This document shows, in pieces, positions 1-8,209 of a stretch of DNA of 25,706 bases. The notes below the pieces were generated by a model that saw nothing but the letters and a program-made list of their open reading frames with translations, had not been told where the DNA came from and did not search any database. Every line of letters begins with the position of its first letter. Positions within the stretch are counted from its first letter, which is position 1. The DNA is from a virus (taxonomy: Duplodnaviria; Caudoviricetes): positions 1 through 25,706 of IMG/VR virus record IMGVR_UViG_3300044724_009660. One strand, given 5' to 3'. The translations under genes and the position numbers were made by a program.

Positions 1-779
1 TTATTAGAGTCATTGTTTAGTGATATACAGATGTAATTAATATCTAGAGATAATAGGAACCCAACTAGCTTAGAGGATAAAGATGTGCCGAATATAACTA
101 GGCAGTTGTATATACCGCAGGAGTGTAAAGCAAGCATGTCGCCTATGCTCTCAACTAAAATTACACTTTTATTTTCTAATATCTTATTATAAAAATAAAG
201 CTCTGAATTGACCTTGACATAAGTGGGATATATCCACTCGCTTTTCTTTCCAACAAGTTTCCATTTAGGTCTGCCGTCTTTGTTTAACATATCTCTACCG
301 CTAAACCCATGTATCTGACCTACAGAATTATAGATTGGGAAAACATACCGTTGATACATGACCCCTTCTGTTGCTAGTCCGGACTTTAAGCTGACTAGTA
401 TAGAACTATCTATTCCTTTTTTGTTATAGAAAATATAGTGCGGAAGTAATTTGTTTAAAATTGATTCTGGGTAAATTTTTTCAGCAGCCATTTTGTCTTG
501 GTGTTCGTGTTGGTTTTCTGTTGATATGCCAGACAGGAAATCTTTTAGGTCATTCGGGTCATTTGTTTTGAGTGTAGCTGATACCAGCTCTTTGAATGGT
601 AAGCTTGCCCCACTGCTACGAACAAAGTCGGTCCATACTCCAGTATCTTTATATATTAATAATGCGGTTGGGTTTGTGCCTCCTCTATAGGCAGCATTGG
701 TCCTCCAGTGGTTACCGCAATCCTTTAATTTGTAACCTAGTTTAATTAAGTTCGACTTGATTGTTTCTTGATTCGTCAT
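1..779 (-). CDS. dnaG: DNA primase, DnaG-like/Toprim (3' end runs off the window; missing from the ORF track)
   Basis: ATG at 779 overlaps the helicase TGA (ATGA). My translation is open to the edge: MTNQETIKSNLIKLGYKLKDCGNHWRTNAAYRGGTNPTALLIYKDTGVWTDF...QRYVFPIYNSVGQIHGFSGR...PKWK...VILVESIGDMLAL...CLVIFGT...ICISLNND. RxxFPI, GFxGR, the Toprim VxxVEGxxD-like motif and a DxD-position motif (NND) are all recognisable. Confidence 0.88.
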   Translation of the reverse strand, partial: MTNQETIKSNLIKLGYKLKDCGNHWRTNAAYRGGTNPTALLIYKDTGVWTDFVRSSGASLPFKELVSATLKTNDPNDLKDFLSGISTENQHEHQDKMAAEKIYPESILNKLLPHYIFYNKKGIDSSILVSLKSGLATEGVMYQRYVFPIYNSVGQIHGFSGRDMLNKDGRPKWKLVGKKSEWIYPTYVKVNSELYFYNKILENKSVILVESIGDMLALHSCGIYNCLVIFGTSLSSKLVGFLLSLDINYICISLNNDSN

Positions 780-2266
780 AGGTCTAGCAGGTTGTCTGGG
801 TCTGTGGTTGGAAGTTCTGCTCCTGCTTGTTGAATAATCATATCTTGTAAATCCCCCACCTCTGTAACATTAAAGTTTTCGATACTTAAATTGATGAAAT
901 TTCTTTTAAGACTACCATCTGGTAACCTAACTGGTTGGATGGCTCGATGGACATTTTTACCAAGATGTCTGTATTTAAAACATGAAAGCTTGTGTGTTCC
1001 GAAACCTTCTTCTTCCGCTAGTTCGTCCATAGTTTTTTGCCTAAGGCTAAAGAGGTGAGAGCTAAATTGAGTAATCCTGTCTGAAAGGGAGACTATGCTT
1101 TCATCTTCAACTAGGCTGTCTGCCCTGCGATTATTTGTTATTCCAGTCCTGTTGCTTTGGACACTTGTGATTAATGAAACACATGGTTCATCGTCGAAAA
1201 CTAAATCATGTTGAATAAGTCTTTTTAATTTATCGACCATTTCGCCCACGATTTGCCATTCAGATTTATTCTTCATATCTTCTGATGTGGTTTTAATATA
1301 ATCAAAGCTTAGTATCATTGGGTTACCTCTGCCAACATTTGAGTAATAAAAATGTTTGACTTTTTGTATCATTTTGTCAACATTCATGCCTCCTACATTT
1401 TCATAGTAGAACTGATAGTCTTTGATGATTCCCCATACTGATCTAATTTTATTAACAGTATCTTCTCCGGCTAATCTCCATTCACCTGTTTCTATTAATC
1501 CAACAGGAACCCCTGATAGTGCGGCACATTGTCTAGCTATGAGTTCGTTTTTACTCATCTCTCCGTTGTCTAAATGTAATACTGGTATCTTTTCTGATAA
1601 AGAAACTTTAGTACAGAAGTCCATGACGAATTGTGTTTTACCAACGCCCGATCTAGCAACTATAGTGGTTATGTTTCCGGGTCTTAATAAGGAACCATAC
1701 AGATCATGTAGTCTATTATGTGGGCCAACCGGCCCAAAGTCAGTTACAATATTGTTGCCACGATATTCTACGACATCTTTCATCTCCTCGAAAATATTTT
1801 TAGGAGCGCTGGACTGATTTTCGTAAGAGCTTAGTGTTTTGTTATATATAGAATCTGAGGCCTCGATAATATCTGAAAAAGAACATCCTGATGGTAGTTT
1901 GTCCATCGCTTTACTGAGGGAGGCTCCTACATTTTTAATCTCTCGCCTGATTGATAGGCTCTTAAGCTCTCTAGCTGCGTCTAATAAGCTATCCTCTTTT
2001 ATCATCCTTAGGGATAGGCCCTGTAAGAAATCTAAAATATTGATATTATCTTCAAAAGATATCCCGGATGTATTGATTTTTTCAGACAAGACAACCGGGT
2101 CTACTCCGTTGCCAGACTCATAAGACTTTTTTATGAAAGAAAAAACTGTTCTATTTAAATCTGATACAAAGTCAGATGGCGTTATGAAATTCTCTATATG
2201 TATAAATACAGAAGAATCATGTAGTAAGCCCGCAATTACTTGCTGCTCGATAGGATATGAATGCAT
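776..2266 (-). CDS. dnaB: Replicative DNA helicase, DnaB family
   Basis: DnaB N-domain (EQQVIAGLL...ITPSDF), Walker A ARSGVGKT, H1a NGEMS, Walker B FDYIK and an SVQSNR motif; adjacent to the primase. Confidence 0.93.
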   Translation of the reverse strand: MHSYPIEQQVIAGLLHDSSVFIHIENFITPSDFVSDLNRTVFSFIKKSYESGNGVDPVVLSEKINTSGISFEDNINILDFLQGLSLRMIKEDSLLDAARELKSLSIRREIKNVGASLSKAMDKLPSGCSFSDIIEASDSIYNKTLSSYENQSSAPKNIFEEMKDVVEYRGNNIVTDFGPVGPHNRLHDLYGSLLRPGNITTIVARSGVGKTQFVMDFCTKVSLSEKIPVLHLDNGEMSKNELIARQCAALSGVPVGLIETGEWRLAGEDTVNKIRSVWGIIKDYQFYYENVGGMNVDKMIQKVKHFYYSNVGRGNPMILSFDYIKTTSEDMKNKSEWQIVGEMVDKLKRLIQHDLVFDDEPCVSLITSVQSNRTGITNNRRADSLVEDESIVSLSDRITQFSSHLFSLRQKTMDELAEEEGFGTHKLSCFKYRHLGKNVHRAIQPVRLPDGSLKRNFINLSIENFNVTEVGDLQDMIIQQAGAELPTTDPDNLLDL

Positions 2267-2274
2267 ATAACTAT

Positions 2275-2547
2275 TTATTCTTCGAAGTCATCTTCATCTA
2301 TGTTGCGATACATATTTTCAGATTCTTCGGATTCAATCAAGTACATTTCTAGGGACTTTCTTAGCCCCATTTCTATAATTTTGTTTTGTGTTCTGGTGAA
2401 AACTATGGGCTTCCCTTCTTGGTCTACGAAGGCAAGTATAAAACCTTTACTTTGGTTAGCATCTCCGCTGAGCTCAAACAGCTTCTCGAGGATGCTGTCT
2501 GGCATCATGAAGCTTTCAAGATTTTCTGGGTCTATATTTTCTGACAT
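2275..2547 (-). CDS. Hypothetical acidic protein (90 aa)
   Basis: Fills the gap between the nuclease and helicase genes co-directionally; acidic tail; preceded by a GTGTA motif. Confidence 0.75.
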   Translation of the reverse strand: MSENIDPENLESFMMPDSILEKLFELSGDANQSKGFILAFVDQEGKPIVFTRTQNKIIEMGLRKSLEMYLIESEESENMYRNIDEDDFEE

Positions 2548-2570
2548 AATATGGATAGTTTAATTATATA

Positions 2571-2575
2571 TACAC
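2571..2575 (-). promoter_or_regulatory. GTGTA motif (putative phage promoter element)
   Basis: Minus strand reads TAA-GTGTA-TATATAATT, directly after the nuclease stop and 23 nt before the ATG at 2547. Confidence 0.45.
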
Positions 2576-2986
2576 TTATATGACTAAACCTAGTGATTTA
2601 AATAACTCTTCCGTGAGTTTATCTTTTGGATATATTTCTATCAGTTTGATGCCGTTAAGTTCGCAATATTTTTGTTTATCATTGTCTCTTCGTATTTGTC
2701 CTAAAAAATTGGATTTAGCTTTGCCATGAAAATAAGGTGTGTATTTAATGTGTTGCTGTCCTTGCACTTCTACGGCTACATTTTGGGAGGCATTAAATAA
2801 GTCGAATGACATTTTAGATCCAGCGAGAGGAAGCTCTTCAAACACCATGTCTTGGCTCCAATATTTTTTGAGAAAAGTTTTAACATTGTATTGAAATTTA
2901 CTTCTGCTTTCTTTTTCCCAGTTTATTAAATATTGTTTAGGTTTCTTGAGTCTTTTTTGAGATCCCGTTAGTGTTTTAAATATCAT
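2576..2986 (-). CDS. DUF559/Vsr-like PD-(D/E)xK endonuclease
   Basis: FDLF...VAVEVQGQQH...RDNDKQKYCELNGIKLIEI matches the DUF559/very-short-patch nuclease pattern; ATGA overlap with recA. Confidence 0.8.
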   Translation of the reverse strand: MIFKTLTGSQKRLKKPKQYLINWEKESRSKFQYNVKTFLKKYWSQDMVFEELPLAGSKMSFDLFNASQNVAVEVQGQQHIKYTPYFHGKAKSNFLGQIRRDNDKQKYCELNGIKLIEIYPKDKLTEELFKSLGLVI

Positions 2987-4098
2987 TCTTTACAGATTAA
3001 GGTTTTAAAGTGATCGACTAGAAAAGAGCATAGTTTTGGGTTTGACTCTAATTGTGAATTTAGGTTGCCTTCTCCCTGTATTTTCTCGGGAAAGTCATAG
3101 CCTTCTTTTTGTAGAAGTTTTAAAAAATCTTCATCGCAGGAAATCCATGCACCTTTGCGGGAAATATAATCCCACATATAAAGCATATCAATGACCTCCC
3201 TTTCTACCCATATAGAGGTGCCGCCAACTCTACCGTACTTGATAGGGTACTCTAGTGTGTAGTTTGTTTTTTCATTTGGGGATTTTTTAACGGTAATCTT
3301 AGCTATGTGGCCAAGGATTTTATTCTTCTGTTGGTCTATAGGTTGTGTTTGGTTTTCAAGGATGAGATCTTTTTTAAATCTAGGCTCAAACTCTAGTATG
3401 TAATTAGCAAAGTGTAGAAGCGCATTACCTCCTGTGGCTGTTGTTTGCCTAATTGGTGCCTTACTGTATGGATCAAGTTTTATGTCCGCTCTAACCTGGG
3501 ATATAAATATAGCCATGTGTCCTCTTTTGGCTAGAGCTATGCTCATTTTCTGCATAAATTTAGCGCCAAGTAATGCTCCTCCAGCAACCTTGTGGGAATC
3601 TTCGAAGCCTTTTTCTAGGTCGTCTTTCATGATTAAGCCGTCTAGAGAATCTAAAACAAAGCAATACCTAGTTTCTTCTGGGTTACGAGCAACTAAAACC
3701 CTCATTAGGTCGAGTACGGTTTCGTAGATATTACAATCAAATATGAAGCATTTACCTTCGTCCCAAGAAGACTCGTCGTATGTGAAGTCTATACCGCATC
3801 GAGCCCTCATTTCTTCGGATAGTCTGCCTTCGGCTTTTATGTAAACACCTTTTGATTGTGGTGTTTTCAGGAAATTCTTCATTACTTCTAAGGCTTCAGA
3901 GCTTTTACCCCCCTCATTCATGCCAGTAAAGCGATGTAAGCCTGGGCCAAATCCACCGTTTAGTTCAAAGTCTACTTTTAAACTTCCACTTGAAACTTTA
4001 TACGTTACCTCTTCTTCAAAATTATAGTGATGCTGTTCGTTCTGTTTTAAAAACATTTTTAATGCATCTTTGCTGTCTAGTGTATCTGTTTTACTCAT
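2983..4098 (-). CDS. recA: RecA/UvsX-like recombinase
   Basis: VSSGSLKVDFELNGG, Walker A GMNEGGKS, Walker B VLDSL, IFISQVR, TGGNALLHFA and C-terminal RKGAW. Confidence 0.92.
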   Translation of the reverse strand: MSKTDTLDSKDALKMFLKQNEQHHYNFEEEVTYKVSSGSLKVDFELNGGFGPGLHRFTGMNEGGKSSEALEVMKNFLKTPQSKGVYIKAEGRLSEEMRARCGIDFTYDESSWDEGKCFIFDCNIYETVLDLMRVLVARNPEETRYCFVLDSLDGLIMKDDLEKGFEDSHKVAGGALLGAKFMQKMSIALAKRGHMAIFISQVRADIKLDPYSKAPIRQTTATGGNALLHFANYILEFEPRFKKDLILENQTQPIDQQKNKILGHIAKITVKKSPNEKTNYTLEYPIKYGRVGGTSIWVEREVIDMLYMWDYISRKGAWISCDEDFLKLLQKEGYDFPEKIQGEGNLNSQLESNPKLCSFLVDHFKTLICKE

Positions 4099-4427
4099 GA
4101 TAGGAAATCTTTAATTGTTTTGGGTCTTGTGTTGGTCGCTATATCTTCTCCACACTTTTCTCCAAGCTCGTACTTTGGGGGCTTGGGTATTTTATAATTG
4201 AATAATTGATACTTTGCTTTCAATTCGTTAGCAAAGAAACCTGACTTTAGTAAAACCATACTATCAAGTTTATCATAAAAACTTAAACTTGTCCAGAACT
4301 TTTTTGATGGGTACTTTTCGATTAGGGTATTTAGGACTTTTATTTCTTTACCCCAGAAAGCTCGCTTGTTTTTGTCTGGTAAATTAATTAAACGAGATAT
4401 GATTTGACGTTTTTCGTTGTGAGTCAC
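4095..4427 (-). CDS. Hypothetical basic protein (110 aa), first gene of the recombination/replication operon
   Basis: GTG start 7 nt after a sigma70-type -10; its stop overlaps the recA ATG (ATGA). Confidence 0.75.
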   Translation of the reverse strand: MTHNEKRQIISRLINLPDKNKRAFWGKEIKVLNTLIEKYPSKKFWTSLSFYDKLDSMVLLKSGFFANELKAKYQLFNYKIPKPPKYELGEKCGEDIATNTRPKTIKDFLS

Positions 4428-4434
4428 GAAAAAT

Positions 4435-4463
4435 ATAATACTATGATAACATCAAAAAGTCAA
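4435..4463 (-). promoter_or_regulatory. Sigma70-type promoter TTGACT-N17-TATTAT
   Basis: -35 at 4458-4463, -10 at 4435-4440, 17-nt spacer, intergenic; the predicted TSS coincides with the GTG at 4427. Confidence 0.75.
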
Positions 4464-4476
4464 CAATAAATTGTTA

Positions 4477-5889
4477 TTAGCTATTGTCTATATCGAATTT
4501 GACAAATTTCATTTTAGTTGCATAGTCGTCAGTTACCATAAACCAGCCCCAATTACCCGTGGATACATTCGTTCCGCCAGCATATGCTAATTTTCTGGGA
4601 GCATTAGGATCTTCCCATCTTATTTGTATATGGTTGGTGGTACCGCCGCCAGCACCAGCAGTGTGAACAATAGTACCTTCTCTGTAGGAGCTAGCTAGAG
4701 AGGAATCGTGTGTTCCATTGAGTCTTACGCCGGTTGTAGAACCGTAAACCTTCATGTAAAAAAAATGTGTAAACTGGAAATTATAGTTGTCCGCCTTAGT
4801 CCAATAACCTCCTGATTTTGTAAAATATGTTGTGTTATCATCAATAAATCCATATTTAATAATGGTTGAGGCACTACTCTCGTATCCGGTTGAGTTTTTA
4901 GCTACCACTTTATACCATGGTGTGTATGGATTAGATCCTAAGAAGTTTTCTATTTTAAAGCCGGTAGTTGAATAGTTGCTTGTGTCACTGGCTGGATTGC
5001 CTGAAGAAATGTGGGCGTTTGTGACTTGATATTCTGTCCCGTCATAGTGGACTATTTGTCCTGCAGTATAATTTTTTGAGGTAAGCCATTTAGCTCCTGA
5101 CGACTGACCAAATCTATGCGAAAATGTTTTTGAGCTTGTGTCTTGTAAAACTGTCCAGTTGCTTCCCTGATCAGTAGAGTAAGAAAACTCGTAGCTAGTT
5201 ATGGTTCCCCCGTTATTTGATACTGTTCCGGCGTCAGTCGCTGTTAGGGCAATTGTTATACTATAATGATAATCTTCATGGATAGAGTTGTCCTGATAGT
5301 CGTCCTCATCATGGGGTATGGTCTTCTCGTCGGGGGAGGAGACAGTATAACTATCAAACACATAATCCCCTGCGGATGTGCTTAATGATGGTGCATTTAG
5401 TGTTAATGCTTCAGCCGTTGTACTGGAGGTAATGTTTCTGGCTGGCATACTGAATGTATAGGGGCTTGTACGTTCAGTTCCATCAACTTCAAAACTTGTT
5501 AATGTATAGCCGTCAGATGCGGTAGCGGTAATTGTAACTGATTCCCCTGATTCAGCTGAGGTTTTTGTGCTTGTTAGTGTTGTGTTTGGTCCTGTATTTA
5601 AAGTAATAGTATAAGTAGGATTTGAGATACCTCCTCCTCCTCCTGAGGAGCTCAATATTGGACGTAGGCCTCCGTCTAGTTGGGTTAGGTCTAGTTCACT
5701 TTCTAGTCCAAAGTTGAATAATTTATTATTTAATTCTCTTGTTGTGTGGTTGGCCGCATAAATTATAGAGGTTTCATCTGTTCTTAGTGCTGCTATTCTA
5801 CCCCTAAGGCTGCTCAATTGACTCTGTAGCTCAGAGGCTGTTCTGATTGAGTGTATTTCTTGTAGTAGTTTTGGAAGAGTGTCGGCCAT
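4477..5889 (-). CDS. Putative virion surface/adhesin protein (N-terminal coiled coil, InlB-B-like beta repeat, FN3-like domain with CBM5/12-like insert)
   Basis: Thr/Ser/Gly-rich. TYTITLN...GESVTITATASDGYTLTSFEVDG...YTFSMPARNIT resembles a bacterial beta-repeat. NNGGTITSYEFSYSTDQGSNW...YKVVAKNSTG is FN3-like. WLTSKNYTAGQIVHYDGTEYQV is CBM5/12-like. Confidence 0.65.
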   Translation of the reverse strand: MADTLPKLLQEIHSIRTASELQSQLSSLRGRIAALRTDETSIIYAANHTTRELNNKLFNFGLESELDLTQLDGGLRPILSSSGGGGGISNPTYTITLNTGPNTTLTSTKTSAESGESVTITATASDGYTLTSFEVDGTERTSPYTFSMPARNITSSTTAEALTLNAPSLSTSAGDYVFDSYTVSSPDEKTIPHDEDDYQDNSIHEDYHYSITIALTATDAGTVSNNGGTITSYEFSYSTDQGSNWTVLQDTSSKTFSHRFGQSSGAKWLTSKNYTAGQIVHYDGTEYQVTNAHISSGNPASDTSNYSTTGFKIENFLGSNPYTPWYKVVAKNSTGYESSASTIIKYGFIDDNTTYFTKSGGYWTKADNYNFQFTHFFYMKVYGSTTGVRLNGTHDSSLASSYREGTIVHTAGAGGGTTNHIQIRWEDPNAPRKLAYAGGTNVSTGNWGWFMVTDDYATKMKFVKFDIDNS

Positions 5890-5898
5890 AATATATTA

Positions 5899-5903
5899 TA
5901 CAC
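5899..5903 (-). promoter_or_regulatory. GTGTA motif 9 nt upstream of ATG 5889
   Basis: Minus strand reads GTGTA-TAATATATT-ATG. Confidence 0.55.
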
Positions 5904-6337
5904 TATCTCTGTTTACTTGGGACGGCATAAAAACCAACAACCATAAAGCAGAGGTCGATAAAAGAACTCAGCATTAATCCGCCTGTTAGAGTAACAACAT
6001 CCCAATCTTTGCCGCCAAATATCCAACTGAAGAATCCCCATTTAGCACCATCACCTTTAGGGACAATAATATCATAAGAAATTGTGGGGTTATGGGCATA
6101 GTAAATCATTAAGTAACACATCGTAAATGTAATACTCATAAACAAAATTCTTCTTGTTACTTTTACAAATGGATCTTTTGCTTGTTCTTGCTGGTTGGAT
6201 AATAAAGCTCTTAATGCCTCGTTATCTCTTGTGGCTAGCATCATTTGGTCTTGTCTTTTTTGTTCAAGCCAAGAATTTATTAGGTTGCATCCAAGTTTTA
6301 TGCCAGCTCCTAGTATGGTATTAAGTATTGGGCCCAT
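5903..6337 (-). CDS. Holin-like membrane protein (3TM/GTA-holin-like)
   Basis: Amphipathic Gly-containing N-terminus, charged coil, FVKVTRRIL followed by a TM helix, and a C-terminal TM ending VVGFY plus a basic tail. Confidence 0.55.
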   Translation of the reverse strand: MGPILNTILGAGIKLGCNLINSWLEQKRQDQMMLATRDNEALRALLSNQQEQAKDPFVKVTRRILFMSITFTMCYLMIYYAHNPTISYDIIVPKGDGAKWGFFSWIFGGKDWDVVTLTGGLMLSSFIDLCFMVVGFYAVPSKQR

Positions 6338-6345
6338 AAAGTATA

Positions 6346-6879
6346 TTACACTTTAGAACTTATAAATTCCCTAATAATCTTTTCTTTCTTGCTTGATGGG
6401 GAATGATACCAAACCCAAGGATAACTCATTGTGATATTTAATATCTTTTTTTCTAGATCAGCTATACTATCATTTAGTGAATCTATATTTTTATAGCTAA
6501 GCTCGTTAATATTGATGTTTAATTTACTGGCTATTGATATAAGTTCTGCAGAGTCATTATCTTTTTTAGCTTGAACTGCCTTCTCTAGTAGGGGCCTGGA
6601 TTCATCTGATTTTGTTAGGTCAGAGTGTGTCTTTTTGGCTATCTCTCTGAAAATATTTTTAAACTCACGATCTATAGAATGTTTTTTGTCTTCATTTTTT
6701 TTTGAAGTAAGATCTTCTAGTGGGTTTTTCTTTCTGTATCTCCTGCAAAATTTACCTACACTGTCACAGAAATCTACTACGGCTACATTAAATACAGACT
6801 CGCAGTATTCTAAATCTTCAGATAAATCCTTGCATTGGGACTTTAGTTTCCTGAGTAAAGATGACTTGAATTTGTCCAA
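6346..6879 (-). CDS. J-domain-like (DnaJ-like) protein with HPD changed to HSD
   Basis: EFKNIFREIAKKTHSD resembles J-domain helix II plus the HPD loop; followed by an AVQAKK helix and a coiled coil; TTG start. Confidence 0.6.
   Translation of the reverse strand: MDKFKSSLLRKLKSQCKDLSEDLEYCESVFNVAVVDFCDSVGKFCRRYRKKNPLEDLTSKKNEDKKHSIDREFKNIFREIAKKTHSDLTKSDESRPLLEKAVQAKKDNDSAELISIASKLNININELSYKNIDSLNDSIADLEKKILNITMSYPWVWYHSPSSKKEKIIREFISSKV
6347..6351 (-). promoter_or_regulatory. GTGTA motif 9 nt upstream of ATG 6337
   Basis: Minus strand reads GTGTA-ATATACTTT-ATG, overlapping the Val-stop codons (GTG TAA) of the upstream gene. Confidence 0.55.
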
Positions 6880-6884
6880 AGATA

Positions 6885-7901
6885 TTAAAAGTCGTCATCA
6901 AGAGATCCAACTTGTTGGTATTCTCTAACTCTTCTCTCAAAGAAGTTACCCATAGCTTGTACATCAACTACCTCCCCTAACCAAGGGAATGGGTTTTTGT
7001 CGCTTGGAAAACGATAGTCTAATCCAATAGCCTCTAGCCTTCTGTTTCCGATGTAATGCATATAGTCAACAAACATGTCAGCATTAAGGCCTAAAATTCC
7101 AGTAGGAAGAACATCGTGTGCATATGCAATCTCGAGCTCAACAGCCTTCTGTATGTGAGATACAAACTCATCTTGTATTTGCTTTGTCCATATCTCTGGA
7201 TTCTGTTCAATTAATGTATTAATTAAATATGTGCCAAATGCTATATGGGAGCTTTCGTCCCTAAGGGTGTATTTAATCTGATCAGAAACTCCTTGAAGTT
7301 TATTCTGACGGCCAAGAGCAAGAAGCATAGCAAATCCACTAAAGAAGAATGTACCTTCGCATACAATCCAATATGTGAGAAAGTTTCGAAGTATTTCTTG
7401 CTTACCTTCAAGGCTTGTATGTTTAAAGTCTGGGCTAGTAATATCGTTTGTGATGCTCATAAGGAAATCATCTTTAGCTTTAATGCTAGGGATGTTTTCG
7501 TATGCAGCATAGACTTCGTCAATATCTAAATCCAAGCTGTCGCAGATATAAACTATAGTAAGGTTGTGAAGGCTCTCTTCAAAGGCTTGACGAAGAATAT
7601 ATTGGCGGCATTCAGCATCCGTGATATAACGGAAAGCAGAGAGCAACAAATTGTTACCAACCAAAGACTCAGATCCAGCAAAAAATCCAAGACAACGTTT
7701 AACAAGTAATTTTTCATCTTCTGTAATTTCATCTCCTTTCCACTGCTTGATATCGTTTTGCATGGAAATTTCAGTTGGCATCCAATTATTAGCACACCCT
7801 TTGAGGAATAAATCCCATGCATATTTATGCTTGTGCGGTAAGATTCTATTCACACCAGCGACGTTATCAGTAAGAAGTTGACCTGTTTTATTTTGACTCA
7901 T
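6885..7901 (-). CDS. nrdB: Ribonucleotide reductase class I small subunit, class Ic (R2c)-like
   Basis: NNWMPTEI, FFAGSESLV, EESLH, EGTFFFSGF, RDESSH and NFFERRVREY. I moved the start to ATG 7901 (7910 is also possible) because the track's GTG 7928 lies inside a consensus promoter. Confidence 0.95.
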   Translation of the reverse strand: MSQNKTGQLLTDNVAGVNRILPHKHKYAWDLFLKGCANNWMPTEISMQNDIKQWKGDEITEDEKLLVKRCLGFFAGSESLVGNNLLLSAFRYITDAECRQYILRQAFEESLHNLTIVYICDSLDLDIDEVYAAYENIPSIKAKDDFLMSITNDITSPDFKHTSLEGKQEILRNFLTYWIVCEGTFFFSGFAMLLALGRQNKLQGVSDQIKYTLRDESSHIAFGTYLINTLIEQNPEIWTKQIQDEFVSHIQKAVELEIAYAHDVLPTGILGLNADMFVDYMHYIGNRRLEAIGLDYRFPSDKNPFPWLGEVVDVQAMGNFFERRVREYQQVGSLDDDF

Positions 7902-7913
7902 AGTATTCATTCT

Positions 7914-7942
7914 ATTATATAACGACACTTGATAAATGTCAA
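7914..7942 (-). promoter_or_regulatory. Perfect sigma70 consensus promoter TTGACA-N17-TATAAT for nrdB
   Basis: -35 at 7937-7942, -10 at 7914-7919, 17-nt spacer, in the gap just upstream of nrdB. Confidence 0.85.
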
Positions 7943-7948
7943 GATTAA

Positions 7949-8209
7949 TTATTTTTTAAATATTTTAAAGAAAGTTGTCGAATTAAGAAGGCACAATGAG
8001 AAAATTAATAATAAAATAATTAAAAATGTATAAAAGGATTGATTGTCTTGTATTGGTGGTTCTTGTATTATGGATAATGGATAGCTTAATTGTGGCTCAG
8101 TTGCATTTTTATCTTCTATCTGTGTGGGTTGTAGCTTTTTTAGTTCTTTAACCACTTTTCTGGAGCAAGATCCAGTAAGTAGGGAGACATATACAGGTAA
8201 CCAATACAT
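7949..8209 (-). CDS. Small membrane protein with a possible N-terminal lipobox and a C-terminal TM helix (start uncertain; frame open from 8308)
   Basis: MYWLPVYVSLLTGSC-SRK..., a Pro/Gln-rich linker, then FYTFLIILLLIFSLCLL...FFKIFKK. Confidence 0.45.
   Translation of the reverse strand: MYWLPVYVSLLTGSCSRKVVKELKKLQPTQIEDKNATEPQLSYPLSIIQEPPIQDNQSFYTFLIILLLIFSLCLLNSTTFFKIFKK

Noticed and set aside
222-238. Near-palindrome AGTGGGATATATCCACT just downstream of a TTGACA
   Set aside because: It lies inside the primase CDS, has no matching -10 and no second copy was seen; likely chance.
7902-7928. Track start of nrdB at GTG 7928 (similarly 13167, 13888 and 17444 for other genes)
   Set aside because: These starts fall inside promoters or upstream genes; downstream ATGs (7901, 13089, 13861, 17453) fit promoter position or stop-start coupling better.
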